A DNA stretch of 28,408 nucleotides. Source: Atribacterota bacterium (GTDB lineage Bacteria; Atribacterota; Phoenicimicrobiia; Phoenicimicrobiales; Phoenicimicrobiaceae). Both the position numbers and the translations under genes were made by a program. Below the pieces are notes generated by a model. That model was given only the letters and a program-made list of their open reading frames with translations, searched no databases and had not been told where the DNA came from. This document shows, piece by piece, positions 26,636 through 28,408 of the stretch (position 1 is the first letter of the stretch; every line of letters begins with the position of its first letter). Location of the stretch: assembly GCA_038203565.1 (NCBI GenBank), contig JBBRDV010000013.1, positions 1 to 28,408 on the forward strand. The letters are read 5' to 3'.

Positions 26636-28408
26636 ATGTTGGATACCCTTACCAAAAGGAGAATTGATACAGCAAGAGACATTCTTGTCGGAAAATTACC
26701 GGATCCCAAATCACAGGTTGAACAGATTACCATTGCCTTGATTTACAAATTTATGGATGACATGGATAAACAGGCAGAAGAATTGGAAGGGAAAGCATCA
26801 TTTTTTACCGGTGAATATGAAAAGTATTCCTGGAGCAAAATCTTTGACCCCCGTGTGAGCGGGTATGAACTTGTCGGTTTATACGGAGAAGCTATCCAAA
26901 AAATGAATCATAACCCAAATATTCCTCAATTATTCAGAAATATTTTTAAAAATGCCTATTTGCCCTATCGTGACCCGGAAACCTTAAAAATGTTTCTGAA
27001 AGTAATAGGAGAATTCGAGTACGACCACAGTGAAAAATTAGGAGATGCTTTTGAGTATTTGCTTTCCATTATGGGCTCCCAGGGTGATGCAGGTCAATTT
27101 AGGACACCAAGACATATTATTGATTTTATGGTCAAAGTGGTTGATCCTTGTAAAGATGAGACCGTCCTTGACCCAGCCTGTGGAACAGCAGGATTTTTAA
27201 TTTCTTCATTTAATCATATTCTCGATAAAAATAAAAAAGATAATAGACTTAATTTAACAGCTGATGAAAGAACAAGATTAATCAATAACTTTTCCGGTTA
27301 TGATATCTCTCCGGATATGGTGAGATTATCCTTGGTAAATATGTACCTACACAAATTTCCAGATCCGAAAATTTATGAATACGATACTTTAGCTTCAGAA
27401 GAAAGATGGAATGAGTCTTATGACATTATTCTGGCTAATCCTCCGTTTATGTCTCCAAGGGGCGGAATTAAACCTCATAAAAGATTTAGTATACAGGCAA
27501 ATCGTTCAGAAGTTCTGTTTGTTGATTACATTGCCGAACATTTGAACCCAAACGGTAGGGGTGGCGTTATTGTTCCGGAAGGTATTATTTTTCAATCGGG
27601 TATTGCCTACAAAAAACTTCGTAAAATGTTAATCGAAAACTTTCTTTATGCAGTGGTTTCTTTACCTGCCGGAGTCTTTAATCCATATTCCGGAGTTAAG
27701 ACCTCCATTTTATTTTTAAATAAAAATTTAGCTAAAAAAAACGATAAAATTTTATTTGTAAAGATAAATCATGATGGATTCGGTTTAGGTGCTCAACGAA
27801 GAAAAATTAAAGAAAATGACTTGCCGATGGCATTGGAAATCATTAAAAAATATAAACAGTGCATCATAGAAGAGAAAGAAATTGAATTTAGTATAAATGA
27901 AGAAAAACTGGCACATGTGGTGAAAAAAGAAAAGATTGTAGAGAGCGGGGATTATAACTTAAGTGGTGATAGGTACAAAGAGGCGGTTGTTTATAATGGT
28001 AAATGGGATTTTACAGAATTATTAGAAATTGCAGATATCGGATCTGGAAATTCAGCCCCTCAAGGTGAGAAGTATTTTAAAAATGGCAAATATCCATTTT
28101 ATCGAACTTCAGATGTAGGTAAAGTACATATTTCAACGAATTTAAGTCAGAGCAATGATTATGTGAATGAATTAGCCGTAAAAGAAAAGAAACTGCATTT
28201 GTTTCCAAAAGATACTATCTTATTTCCTAAAAGTGGTGCATCAACCTTTCTTAATCATAGGGTGATGATTAGTAAAGAAGGTTATGTATCAAGTCATTTA
28301 GCTACTATTATACCAAATGAGAAAAAAATATGCCCATTATTTTTATTTTATTTATTATTGAAAATTGACGCAAAAACCTTAACTCCAGATCAAGCATATC
28401 CGTCTCTT
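26636..28408 (+). CDS. hsdM: Type I N6-adenine methyltransferase fused to a specificity (HsdS/TRD) domain; 3'-truncated by the window end
   Basis: Absent from the ORF track because there is no stop in the window. AAGGAG RBS, ATG 26636 and 591 open codons: MLDTLTKRRID...GQFRTPRHI...DPACGTAGF (27170)...ANPPF (27437-27448)...VPEG...DYNLSGDRY. From about 28004 it continues in frame as KWDFTELLEIADIGSG...PFYRTSDV...DTILFPKSGA...YPSL, which is HsdS-like. Confidence 0.9.
   Translation, partial: MLDTLTKRRIDTARDILVGKLPDPKSQVEQITIALIYKFMDDMDKQAEELEGKASFFTGEYEKYSWSKIFDPRVSGYELVGLYGEAIQKMNHNPNIPQLFRNIFKNAYLPYRDPETLKMFLKVIGEFEYDHSEKLGDAFEYLLSIMGSQGDAGQFRTPRHIIDFMVKVVDPCKDETVLDPACGTAGFLISSFNHILDKNKKDNRLNLTADERTRLINNFSGYDISPDMVRLSLVNMYLHKFPDPKIYEYDTLASEERWNESYDIILANPPFMSPRGGIKPHKRFSIQANRSEVLFVDYIAEHLNPNGRGGVIVPEGIIFQSGIAYKKLRKMLIENFLYAVVSLPAGVFNPYSGVKTSILFLNKNLAKKNDKILFVKINHDGFGLGAQRRKIKENDLPMALEIIKKYKQCIIEEKEIEFSINEEKLAHVVKKEKIVESGDYNLSGDRYKEAVVYNGKWDFTELLEIADIGSGNSAPQGEKYFKNGKYPFYRTSDVGKVHISTNLSQSNDYVNELAVKEKKLHLFPKDTILFPKSGASTFLNHRVMISKEGYVSSHLATIIPNEKKICPLFLFYLLLKIDAKTLTPDQAYPSL

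Noticed and set aside
27734..27741. A8 homopolymer in hsdM as a phase-variation tract
   Set aside because: Runs of this length are common in this AT-rich sequence (e.g. T8 in livF), and the frame is intact.

Overview
AT-rich bacterial chromosomal window with typical anaerobe gene content; the taxon cannot be fixed from sequence alone, and Atribacterota/JS1-like is only a guess. Bases 1-16.6 kb are mostly housekeeping and transport genes: a PC4-family ssDNA-binding protein, a flavin reductase, a secreted 5'-nucleotidase-LysM, a complete livKHMGF ABC operon, a polysaccharide deacetylase, a HAD hydrolase, an MFS transporter, a DUF355 adenosine-specific kinase, PspC, queG, natAB-like ABC genes, a signal-peptide-bearing pcm and a 56-aa YHS/TRASH protein missed by the ORF track. 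Bases 16.7-22.3 kb are a minus-strand operon of three putatively exported proteins (patatin, Memo-CapA fusion, DUF3160). From 22.5 kb to the end is an accessory/defence region: an uncharacterised metallophosphoesterase flanked by two 55-bp direct repeats (48/55 identical, each running into a sigmaH-like promoter motif), then a type I restriction subunit (hsdR) and a fused HsdM-HsdS gene that runs off the window. Non-coding highlights are a perfect 31-bp inverted repeat (REP/REPIN- or MITE-like) at 910-994, a recurring AGGA-N17/18-GAAT promoter motif and an operator-like palindrome upstream of hsdR. No CRISPR array, rRNA, tRNA or transposase was seen.
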